The notes beneath the pieces were generated by a model. It did not search any database. It was not told where the DNA came from and saw only the letters and a list, made by a program, of their open reading frames with translations. Below, one piece after another: positions 9,276-17,766 of a DNA stretch of 64,000 bases (position 1 is the stretch's first letter; every line of letters begins with the position of its first letter). This DNA is from Candidatus Parcubacteria bacterium (GTDB lineage: Bacteria; Patescibacteriota; Minisyncoccia; Phycocordibacterales; JAKFXT01): NCBI GenBank assembly GCA_021414235.1, contig JAIOOV010000003.1:37560-101559 (forward strand), read 5' to 3'. The position numbers and the translations under genes were made by a program.

Positions 9276-11098
9276 AGCGATATCTTGTACAGCTTCGCCC
9301 AGACCTGGAAAGTAAGCACAGCCCAGAGCTGATTAAGATGATACGCTTTCGCCTCAGTGTGTTCTTCGAGCATGCGTGATATCTCCGTCCAATTGAAAAG
9401 AGCAGCCGTGGGAGGATAGTAGCTCTCAGAGAGAACTTCGCGCGCAAAAGATTTAAACGGCTCTCGGCGCAGCCACTTAGCACCCGGCGAGAACCAGCCG
9501 CGCTTCGGCTCATTAAAGAGATACGCAGGGAGACGACCGCGAAACGCTTCCTTAAGAACAACCTTGGTATTCCGCAGACTGACCTTCTCAGAGAGCGGCA
9601 TGCGCGCGGAAAGCTCGATCATGTCCACATCAAGAAGCGGAGGCCTGCTCTCTACACCTGCAGACATGGACATGGAATCCGCCATAGCAAACGCCTCGTC
9701 TACGAGCCAGGTCTTACGATCAGCTTCCATGAAGGCGTCTTCGAAGTTTCGTGTGTCATGCACTAGGTGCGGAGCGAATACCTCTTTAAGATTCGGGAGC
9801 TCAATGCCAGGAGCGAGGAGTCGACGCACGGCTTCCTCCTTCTCAGCCATGAAGAGCGCGATGCGCGCAGGACCAGGAGGCGTATTCAATTTCGAGAGCG
9901 TGGGATGGAAAGACAGGAGAGAGCGGAGTACTCCTGGTACGTATTTCTGGTATCTGCTCGCCGCGAGCGAGAGACGATAGCGCTCATAGCCGCCGAAGAG
10001 TTCGTCTCCCCCGTCGCCGCCTAAAACAACAGTGGCTTTGTCTTTGGTGAACGCAGCCAGCTTGAACATCGGAAGGATAGTGGCGTTCGCTACCGGCTGA
10101 TCGAGGTGCCAAACGGCCCGCTCGAAGAGCTCTGCCGCGTCCGTAGTAGTCATCACCACTTCGTGGTGATTGGTGCCGTAGTGCGCCGCGGTGCGGCGCG
10201 CGAGATCAAAATCCGCATTGAAGCGCTCGGACTGCTCGCCCTCTCCGAGTTCGAAGCCGACAGAGAAGGTGTCTACGTTGGAGCGGATGCGCGAGACCGC
10301 ATCGAGCACCACACTCGAATCGATACCACCGGAGAGATAGATACCTATAGGACGATCCGAGACGAGCTGCATGGCGACAGAGGCATCTACCTGAGCAGCG
10401 ACTCGCCTCCTCCACTCGGCCGAAGTGAGTGAATCAGTTTTTACGCCGTTATGGACATCCCAATAGGTCTCGATGGAGAGCTTGCCATCCTTGTAGAGTG
10501 CGCGGGAACCAGCTGGCAGCTTGAAAATACCCTCGAACATTGTCTCTGGCCCCGGCGCGTAGAGGAGTCGCAGGTAGCGTCCGAAAGCTTCCATATTGAG
10601 ACGCCGCGGCAGATCGTACTCCAGGATACCCTTGATCTCGGAAGAGAAGATGAGCCCACGTTCCGTCTCCGCATAGTAGAGGGGCTTGATACCAGCATGA
10701 TCCCGCGCAAGAAAAAGCTCCTTGTTCTCCCTGTCCCAGATAGCGAGCGCGAACATTCCATTGAAACGCTCCACCGCCTTCTTGCCCCAGCGGATATAGG
10801 CTGCGAGGATGACCTCCGTGTCTCCTTCCGAACGGAAAGGATAATCCGAGAGCTCCGCTTTCAATTCTTTAAAATTATAAATCTGCCCGTTGAATACCAG
10901 CGTGTAGCGCCCGCTCGCATCCGTCATCGGCTGAGCAGAGCGCGGGGAGAGATCGATGATGGCAAGACGATTGTGTCCAAAGGAAATCCCCTCCTCAATG
11001 AACGTGTCGGTCGCATCCGGTCCCCGGTGCGCAGTGACCGCGTTCATGCGTTCTGCGAGCGCCTCATCCCTCCAAGTGAATCCGTTGATGGCGCACAT
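9272..11098 (-). CDS. asnB: Asparagine synthetase (glutamine-hydrolysing) AsnB family amidotransferase.
   Basis: MCAINGF N-terminal Cys nucleophile, SGGIDSS PP-loop, 608 aa; 4-nt overlap with the upstream GT9 (operon). Confidence 0.9.
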   Translation of the reverse strand: MCAINGFTWRDEALAERMNAVTAHRGPDATDTFIEEGISFGHNRLAIIDLSPRSAQPMTDASGRYTLVFNGQIYNFKELKAELSDYPFRSEGDTEVILAAYIRWGKKAVERFNGMFALAIWDRENKELFLARDHAGIKPLYYAETERGLIFSSEIKGILEYDLPRRLNMEAFGRYLRLLYAPGPETMFEGIFKLPAGSRALYKDGKLSIETYWDVHNGVKTDSLTSAEWRRRVAAQVDASVAMQLVSDRPIGIYLSGGIDSSVVLDAVSRIRSNVDTFSVGFELGEGEQSERFNADFDLARRTAAHYGTNHHEVVMTTTDAAELFERAVWHLDQPVANATILPMFKLAAFTKDKATVVLGGDGGDELFGGYERYRLSLAASRYQKYVPGVLRSLLSFHPTLSKLNTPPGPARIALFMAEKEEAVRRLLAPGIELPNLKEVFAPHLVHDTRNFEDAFMEADRKTWLVDEAFAMADSMSMSAGVESRPPLLDVDMIELSARMPLSEKVSLRNTKVVLKEAFRGRLPAYLFNEPKRGWFSPGAKWLRREPFKSFAREVLSESYYPPTAALFNWTEISRMLEEHTEAKAYHLNQLWAVLTFQVWAKLYKISL

Positions 11099-11100
11099 GA

Positions 11101-11760
11101 CTATTTAATACAAGAAAAAGCGTACGCTAGCACGAAGCGATCCCGGAACGGGAACCGCTTCCCGAAGAAGCGCAGAAGGAAGGCATCCTTCGCATAGGCA
11201 GCAGCGAACCAAAGCGGCTTCAGGATGCGCGGCAGAAACATCTCCACCTGCGTGTACCCAGCAACGAAAGGTCCACGAGAGGCAGGAAGGATCTCTACCT
11301 CCCGGAATCCCGCTGCAGAGAACATGCGTTCGAGCTTCTCCGCAGTGAAGCGCTGGAAATCATGCGGGTCAGGATGCACGTTCACCAAGAAAGGAACGCT
11401 ACCAATGAGGCGGCCACCCGGAGCAAGGACCCGATGCATCTCTGCGACCACCTTCTCATACTTCTCTATATGCTCGAGCAGATTGAAACAAAGAACCGTA
11501 TCAAAAGATCCGTCAGGGACGGGCATGGGAGAGGCTTCGAGATCGACCACGTAATCAGGCCGTGCTTCCTCACGGATATTGAGCGTCTTCATCGCAAGCG
11601 ACGGATCAAGCCTAAGATACCGATAATGACTCTCTTCCCGCGTCCCACCCACATCGAGCGCGCGGCCTGAGACCGTGAAGCGAGGAAGGAGGATATTGGT
11701 GAGTGCGCGGGAAGCTGACTTCCCCCGGAGCACTTCGCGGAAGACGAGAGAGAAACTCAT
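11101..11760 (-). CDS. Class I SAM-dependent methyltransferase.
   Basis: LDVGGT motif I, VLAPGGRLIGSVP post-I region. Confidence 0.75.
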   Translation of the reverse strand: MSFSLVFREVLRGKSASRALTNILLPRFTVSGRALDVGGTREESHYRYLRLDPSLAMKTLNIREEARPDYVVDLEASPMPVPDGSFDTVLCFNLLEHIEKYEKVVAEMHRVLAPGGRLIGSVPFLVNVHPDPHDFQRFTAEKLERMFSAAGFREVEILPASRGPFVAGYTQVEMFLPRILKPLWFAAAYAKDAFLLRFFGKRFPFRDRFVLAYAFSCIK

Positions 11761-12806
11761 GAGAGCAATTGTACTATGCGCGGGATGAGCCGCACGACGC
11801 TGTGATCGCGCTCGATGGAGCCGCGCAGGTGATTGCCGCTGCTCTGGCCGTTGTCCCCGAGCGCCAGGAGCTCGATCTTACCGGCCAGCTCACGGTGCCC
11901 TCCTTGCGGGAAGAAGTAGGTCTCGTCGAGCACGCCCTTGAAGCTCTCGTTTGAAGTAAGGACCGGAGTGTTGCAGGCCATAGCTTCGAGCACGGTCTTG
12001 TCGAGCGAGCCGGTCTGACTCGTATTCACGAACACATCCGCCGCTTGGTAGTACTTCACGATATCCTGGTACCCCACGCCGCCCACGAAACGCACCAAGC
12101 TCCCGAGGTCGTGTCTCTTGATGTAAGTCTTTATCTCATCGAAGTATTCCCTGTCCACGTCCGTCACCGGAAGCCCTACCACCATGAGGGTCACCGGAAG
12201 CGTCGCTCGCCCGCGGAGTTCCTGGATAGCTCGAACAAGGGTCATGATGTCTTTCACCGGAGCGATACGACTCACCGAGAGTACGCGGAACTGGCGCTCG
12301 GGCGGCGTCTCTACGCTCTTCTTCTCCGCGGGCTTGAAGTATTCGGTATCGATACCATGTCCCAGGACGTGCACCTTAGAAGAAGCGATACGGAAGCTCT
12401 CTGCTGAACCAGTGAACACCAGGTCGGTGAGTGCGAGCGCCCCGCGCAGACGCCAGTTGACCGCCTTGTGCATGTACCAGAGAGCAACGCGTTTGCGGAG
12501 CGCCTTCCAAAAGAGGCCGCCGAGAATCACGTACTCCGGATTCATGTGCACGAAGACCGCGTCGTACTTGTTGCGCTCCGCAAGGATGTATTTATAAAAC
12601 CGGAAGAGCCGCACGATGCGCCAGGTCTTCTTCTCCTTGCCAAGGGAGAGCACCTTCACGTTCTTAGGGAGAGATACCTTGCCCCGCTCCAGGCAGATGA
12701 CCGTGACAAAATCCACGGAACGCGCGAATTCCTCGAGCCAACGATGAAAGAAACCGAGGATGGGATCCTCCCGATCGACCTTCTGGGTAAGTATCAGTAA
12801 TCGCAT
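11757..12806 (-). CDS. Glycosyltransferase family 4 (GT-B).
   Basis: EAMACNTPVLTS E-x7-E region. Start moved to MRLLILTQ (residue 24) to avoid a 52-nt overlap with the next GT. Confidence 0.8.
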   Translation of the reverse strand: MRLLILTQKVDREDPILGFFHRWLEEFARSVDFVTVICLERGKVSLPKNVKVLSLGKEKKTWRIVRLFRFYKYILAERNKYDAVFVHMNPEYVILGGLFWKALRKRVALWYMHKAVNWRLRGALALTDLVFTGSAESFRIASSKVHVLGHGIDTEYFKPAEKKSVETPPERQFRVLSVSRIAPVKDIMTLVRAIQELRGRATLPVTLMVVGLPVTDVDREYFDEIKTYIKRHDLGSLVRFVGGVGYQDIVKYYQAADVFVNTSQTGSLDKTVLEAMACNTPVLTSNESFKGVLDETYFFPQGGHRELAGKIELLALGDNGQSSGNHLRGSIERDHSVVRLIPRIVQLLS

Positions 12807-12822
12807 ACGTGTAGATATACGC

Positions 12823-13947
12823 CTAAACGCCGCGCGCGCAAGCCTCTCTCCAGAGACCGACGATCGTCTCTGCATAGCTCTCTGGCGTGAGCGGCGAGTG
12901 GCGCCTTACCGCCTCCATGGCCAGCTCCGCCTTCTCTCGCATGTACTGCGGATTCTCAAGCGCAGTCTGCCAGGCACGGGCCAGCGCGCGAATGTCTCCC
13001 GGAGGAACTACGGAAGCGTTCTCCTCGGTAATCACTTCGCCCACGATGCCAACGTCGGTGGTAAGGATGGGGCAGCCCGCCTGCGCCGCTTCGATGAGGG
13101 TGAGTCCGTATCCTTCGAAAAGAGAGTTGAGCACGTACAGATCGGCCTCTTTGTAATACGCAGCGGGAGATTGCCAGCCCTCGAAGAGGACGCGCTTCTC
13201 GATCCCGAGCGTGCGCGCATGACGCTCCAGAGCCTCACGCTCTCCCCCCTCCCCCACCAAGACAAGCGCAGCCTTCTCTTCCGTACGGGAGACTTCCGCG
13301 AACGCCTCGAGAAGCCTCCGGAGATCCTTCTCCGGCTCAAGGCGGGAGACAACGAGAGAGAAAGAAGAGAAATCAGAATGCCGCTCCTTGAGATGCACCT
13401 CCTCCGTCGGAACAGAAGAGGGGTTCATTATAGGAAGCACGGTCACTTTTTTCTCCGCGAGGCCATAGCGGGAGAGGATGCTTCTCTTGATGCGCAAAGA
13501 GACGACGCGTATGGAGCGAGCCTTCGGGAGGATGAGGCTAGCAAGCGCCACGCGTACGCGGTTTAGATATGAGTGTCGGGCAAAATACGGGCTCAAGAAA
13601 TCCGTGTGCACCTGCACCTCAAGAGGGATTTTCAAGAGCATGGAGAGGATGAAGCCAGCGAAACCTGTTTCAAAAGGATCTTGTGCCGTGACGAGAGAGA
13701 ACCCTTCCTTACGGAGAGAATATCCGGCACGGGCGAGCGCGAGAGGACGGAGAAAACGGGAGCGTGCGGAAACCGCACCCAAAACCACTCGCGGAGAAAG
13801 AGCCACCTCCTTCTCCTCAGAGAGCCCGCCCGCAGAGACGAGCACTCTGATCCCTTCCGTAAGTTCGCCATACGCAATAAGGCGCGACGCGACCGCGCTC
13901 CTAATATCGAATACCCGCGGATCAGTGGAGAGCATCAGTATTTTCAT
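12823..13947 (-). CDS. Glycosyltransferase family 4.
   Basis: FEGYGLTLIEAAQAGCPILTTDVG. Confidence 0.85.
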   Translation of the reverse strand: MKILMLSTDPRVFDIRSAVASRLIAYGELTEGIRVLVSAGGLSEEKEVALSPRVVLGAVSARSRFLRPLALARAGYSLRKEGFSLVTAQDPFETGFAGFILSMLLKIPLEVQVHTDFLSPYFARHSYLNRVRVALASLILPKARSIRVVSLRIKRSILSRYGLAEKKVTVLPIMNPSSVPTEEVHLKERHSDFSSFSLVVSRLEPEKDLRRLLEAFAEVSRTEEKAALVLVGEGGEREALERHARTLGIEKRVLFEGWQSPAAYYKEADLYVLNSLFEGYGLTLIEAAQAGCPILTTDVGIVGEVITEENASVVPPGDIRALARAWQTALENPQYMREKAELAMEAVRRHSPLTPESYAETIVGLWREACARGV

Positions 13948-15056
13948 AGGGTCTTGAGTTCGCTCACTAACCTCTCCACCAACTCGCTTTCGTCGAATGC
14001 TGAGAGCCTCTCCTTGGCATTCCGCGCGAGCTTCCCTGCAAGGTCATGGTCCTTCAGCACCTCTTTAGCTCCCTCAAGGAGCGCAGTGCGATCGTCATAC
14101 GGCACCAGGAGCCCGCTCTCGCGATGAGTGATGAGCTCAGGATTCCCGCCCACGTTCGTGGTCAGGATGGGCGTCTCCATAGCCATGACCTCTACGAGCT
14201 GATGAGAAAAGCCTTCATAAGAAGTATTGAGCATGAAGAGGTCCGCCGCGCGTACATAATTGAAGACGACCGGCTGTGGCAAGCGGCCGAGGAGGGAAAC
14301 CTTGTCTCCGAGATGCGCCGAGCGGATCTTCTTGTCGAGCGCTCTCCGCTCAGGACCATCCCCGATGATGAGGAGGCGTACGTCCGGGAAGAAGCGCTCG
14401 AGCGCAGGTACAAGCTCGGTAAGCGTAGCGAAGCCCTTCCAAGGGACGAGCCTGCCTACGGAGACGATGATGGTACCCTCAAGGCCTAAGCGCTCCCGCA
14501 GTGCGGCCTTCTCTTCGATTCCGCTCGGCAGGGCATATGAATTGTAGATGACCGCGATACGGGAAGAGGGGACGCCCCACGTTTCCACGATCCGTTTGAG
14601 ATATTCACTCGGCACAATCACCCGATGCGCAGCGCGCACCACTCGGAACTGCAGCTTCCGAAGGAAGATGAGATACGGATTCCACTTCCAGGAAAAGACC
14701 GGAAAAGCATCAAGTGTCTCCGTCACCTTAAACCTCTGCACACCCTGCTCCCAGACATGGTCTCCCGGCACGCGCACGAAGAATCTCTTGCGCAAGAAGA
14801 GATTAGCGACATAGGCAGGCCAGCCCACGCTCATGGTGTCTTGTGCGTAGATGACGTCAGCAGAGAATCCCGCCGCAAGGAGGTGGATGAAATAGATGAT
14901 ATGCCGGATGACCGGAGGGAAATGCCGCACTCTCCCGAAGGAAGCTACAGAGACGGCGATCCCCCTCTTAGGGAGCTCCCGGAGGAGCATGGCGCTGTAG
15001 GTAGCGGGACCTCCGATATCAGGAGGAAAGAGTCCGGTGGCGATGAGCACCCGCAT
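13944..15056 (-). CDS. Glycosyltransferase family 4.
   Basis: EGFSHQLVEVMAMETPILTTNVGG; ATGA overlap with the neighbour. Confidence 0.85.
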   Translation of the reverse strand: MRVLIATGLFPPDIGGPATYSAMLLRELPKRGIAVSVASFGRVRHFPPVIRHIIYFIHLLAAGFSADVIYAQDTMSVGWPAYVANLFLRKRFFVRVPGDHVWEQGVQRFKVTETLDAFPVFSWKWNPYLIFLRKLQFRVVRAAHRVIVPSEYLKRIVETWGVPSSRIAVIYNSYALPSGIEEKAALRERLGLEGTIIVSVGRLVPWKGFATLTELVPALERFFPDVRLLIIGDGPERRALDKKIRSAHLGDKVSLLGRLPQPVVFNYVRAADLFMLNTSYEGFSHQLVEVMAMETPILTTNVGGNPELITHRESGLLVPYDDRTALLEGAKEVLKDHDLAGKLARNAKERLSAFDESELVERLVSELKTL

Positions 15057-15077
15057 AGTTTTTTGATTATGACACGC

Positions 15078-16280
15078 CTAAGAAAGCCTGTCGAAGACTT
15101 CCTCTTTCATCCTCGCCGCGATGAGATCCCAGTCATACTTCTCGGCGGCAGCGCGAGCGTTCTTGCGGATACGCTCGGTCATCTCCCTATCCCCTTCGTA
15201 GAGGTGCACCGCGCGGACAATGCTCGGGACATCCTTACGCTCCACCGCTCTCCCTGTAGGTTCTGCCCCGGCATCTTTCTCGGGATCAAACAGGAAATCG
15301 GAGATACCGCCCACCTGAGTAGCGATGATAGGAACACCTGCAGCCATCGCTTCGAGGAAAGAGATACCCAAGCCCTCTGAGAGAGAAGGACGGATGAAGA
15401 TACTGCCCAGCTTCAAGAATGGAGCGACATCCTTGTGAGCGAGAGCACCGGCGAATCTGACACGCTCCTCTACACCGAGCGAGCGAGCCAGTTCTTCGAG
15501 CTCTGCACGGAGAGGACCGTCGCCAGCGATGACAAAAATTACCTCAGGAAGCTCCGGCATCGCACGGATCACATATTCAACGCCGTTCTTAGGAACAAGA
15601 CGCGAAGTGGTCACCAGGATAGTGCCCTGCTCCGGAAGCTTCAGATACTCGCGAAGAGCCGCGGTCTCTTTCGCGTCCACTTCACTAAGTACCCTGAGAT
15701 CAACTCCGTTCGGTACGACCACCGGTTCTCCTTTGAAGCCAAGAGACTTGGAGAGACCTGCGAGATAGCGTGAGATCGCCTGTACCGCGCGAGCGCGCTT
15801 GAAGGCGGAGCGGATGAGCCAGACAAAGGGACGGATACGCGCGCGCTTGAACATATGCTCTACACTGTCTCCGTCCTGGAGAGTAATGAGGAGCGGTACG
15901 CGGAAAAGCATCGAGGCCAAAGATGCTCCGATGGCGTTGTATGACATGACCGCCCAGAGAAAAGCCGGACGTTCTTTCATGATGAGCCGGCACGCCTTGA
16001 AGAAAGAGAGCGGCGGATAGAACACCTTAGTGAGATACCAGGGCAAACGAAGGAGGTCCGAAGGAGCCGGGTTTCGCTTGGCGAAGCCGACCCGGTGAAT
16101 GCGGATATTTCCCTTCTCTTCGACGCGCGGGGAATTCCCGTCGAGAAGAGCGGTGATGAGGTCGAATTGATAATCAGGGAGTTTTGAAGTGATCTCCCTG
16201 ATAGCCACCTCCGCTCCTCCCCAGAACGGATCGTAGGAAAGGGAGAAGGCGATGACTCGGCGCGACTTAGTATCGGACAT
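15078..16280 (-). CDS. Glycosyltransferase family 4.
   Basis: EGLGISFLEAMAAGVPIIATQVGG. Confidence 0.85.
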   Translation of the reverse strand: MSDTKSRRVIAFSLSYDPFWGGAEVAIREITSKLPDYQFDLITALLDGNSPRVEEKGNIRIHRVGFAKRNPAPSDLLRLPWYLTKVFYPPLSFFKACRLIMKERPAFLWAVMSYNAIGASLASMLFRVPLLITLQDGDSVEHMFKRARIRPFVWLIRSAFKRARAVQAISRYLAGLSKSLGFKGEPVVVPNGVDLRVLSEVDAKETAALREYLKLPEQGTILVTTSRLVPKNGVEYVIRAMPELPEVIFVIAGDGPLRAELEELARSLGVEERVRFAGALAHKDVAPFLKLGSIFIRPSLSEGLGISFLEAMAAGVPIIATQVGGISDFLFDPEKDAGAEPTGRAVERKDVPSIVRAVHLYEGDREMTERIRKNARAAAEKYDWDLIAARMKEEVFDRLS

Positions 16281-16307
16281 AGGGAAAGTAAACCCCGAGA
16301 GGAGTGA

Positions 16308-17747
16308 TTAGTACAGACCTTCAATTTCTTGCCTCCCCGCCCGTCCCAGCCAGAAGACACCGAGCAGAGTAGAGCCGAGAAGCGCTCCTAAGAGATAGAA
16401 CCACTTATACTCCCCCAAGTGCGATGAGGCAGCAGTCGTCGTCGGAAGAGATGCGGCGGCCACAGCCGCTACAACAGGAGAAGAGCGTTCGGGCACAGAA
16501 ACCCTGGTAGGAGCCTCCGGAGAGATCTTCGGCGCAGACCGCTGCGTAGCAACCGAAGAAACAACAACAGAGGAAGGAGCTGGAGTAGGAACAACGGAGA
16601 TAATGCCCTCTGCAGTGCTCGTGAGAGCGGGAGTCCCGTTTGGATAGCGAAGTTCTGCAGAAGGAGTGAAAGGAAGTGAGGTCACCCCTTCGGGGAAACG
16701 GACACTCTTCTTCGCGAGAAGGAAACTATCTTTCGGAAGAGTATACAACTTCCCTCCCGAGAGGAACTGCCAATACGAGAGGTCCACTTCCTCGCTTCCC
16801 CGGTTCTCAATCTCTAGGTACCCTCCGAGCGAATCCCGCCCGCTCCGCAGAGAGAGGTCCGCAGTGGCCACTGTTACGATGAGCTTGTCAGAGTTCGAGA
16901 ACTCTCCAGAAGAGACATCGAGGGTGGCAACGTAACTGCCGGGATAGTGGTAGGTATGGAGGACATGCTTCCCTTCAGCGTACGCTCCGTCCCCGAAGTT
17001 CCAGAGATAGCGGGCATTCTGGAGCGGCTTCTTATCAATCCCGAGCGCCTCTCCTATGAACTCCTCCGGAGTGCCTACGGTTACCGCTCTGTCATCCCCT
17101 GCATAGGAATAGATCTGCGGCTTAGTAGGCCATTTGGAAGAGCTGCCCGAGACAGGGGCGCTCGATTGGGTTACTGATGGAGTAGTCGAGGAAGTCTCTG
17201 TGGAAGTATCGGCAGAGGAAGATTCTGTGGAACTACTCGAGCTTCCTGCGGAAGATGAAGAGAGAGCGGATCCAGGCGTCGGGAGCGCTGCGATCCAGCT
17301 TCCCTCTGACTTTTGCAAACTCTTGCCATCACCTGCCGCACCCATCTCTGAGGAATAGGTGAACTGATCAATATCAAGGAGAGCAGTGTCCTTCAGTACG
17401 AGCGTCTCTCCAGTATTAGAAAGGGAGAAAGAACTATCGAAGATAGTTCCTGAGAACGACGGATTATCCGTCAGGAACTTAGCGGGGTTATCCGCAATAA
17501 TGGCGACACCTCCCGCAGCAAGCATCGCGTCCCCCTGGGAGAGGGTCAGAGCGTGGTTGGTCTCGGCTTCACGGAAGCGATAGTCGGAGACGTCTATAGC
17601 TGAGCTCCCGCTATTGCGTATCTCCACCCACTCCCGCCCACTATCACCCCCGGTCTCGAGGTCGTACATAACCTCGCTGAACTCTACCTGCGCGGAGGCA
17701 GAGAGTGGGAGAGCTATGGCGATGATCAGCGAAATTCGCGTGAACAT
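16308..17747 (-). CDS. Cell-surface protein: signal peptide, lamin-tail domain (LTD), Ser/Thr-rich linker, PKD-like domain, second LTD, C-terminal TM anchor.
   Basis: MFTRISLIIAIALPLSASA signal; LTD signature FSEVMYD...GREWVEIRNSGSSAIDVSDYRF and GGYLEIENRGSEEVDLSYWQF; PKD-like GDGAYAEGKHVLHTYHYPGSYVATLDVS; C-terminal WFYLLGALLGSTLLGVFWLGRAG. Start set at residue 23 of the track ORF. Confidence 0.7.
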   Translation of the reverse strand: MFTRISLIIAIALPLSASAQVEFSEVMYDLETGGDSGREWVEIRNSGSSAIDVSDYRFREAETNHALTLSQGDAMLAAGGVAIIADNPAKFLTDNPSFSGTIFDSSFSLSNTGETLVLKDTALLDIDQFTYSSEMGAAGDGKSLQKSEGSWIAALPTPGSALSSSSAGSSSSSTESSSADTSTETSSTTPSVTQSSAPVSGSSSKWPTKPQIYSYAGDDRAVTVGTPEEFIGEALGIDKKPLQNARYLWNFGDGAYAEGKHVLHTYHYPGSYVATLDVSSGEFSNSDKLIVTVATADLSLRSGRDSLGGYLEIENRGSEEVDLSYWQFLSGGKLYTLPKDSFLLAKKSVRFPEGVTSLPFTPSAELRYPNGTPALTSTAEGIISVVPTPAPSSVVVSSVATQRSAPKISPEAPTRVSVPERSSPVVAAVAAASLPTTTAASSHLGEYKWFYLLGALLGSTLLGVFWLGRAGRQEIEGLY

Positions 17748-17766
17748 AGACCGCGCCGCTTCGAAA

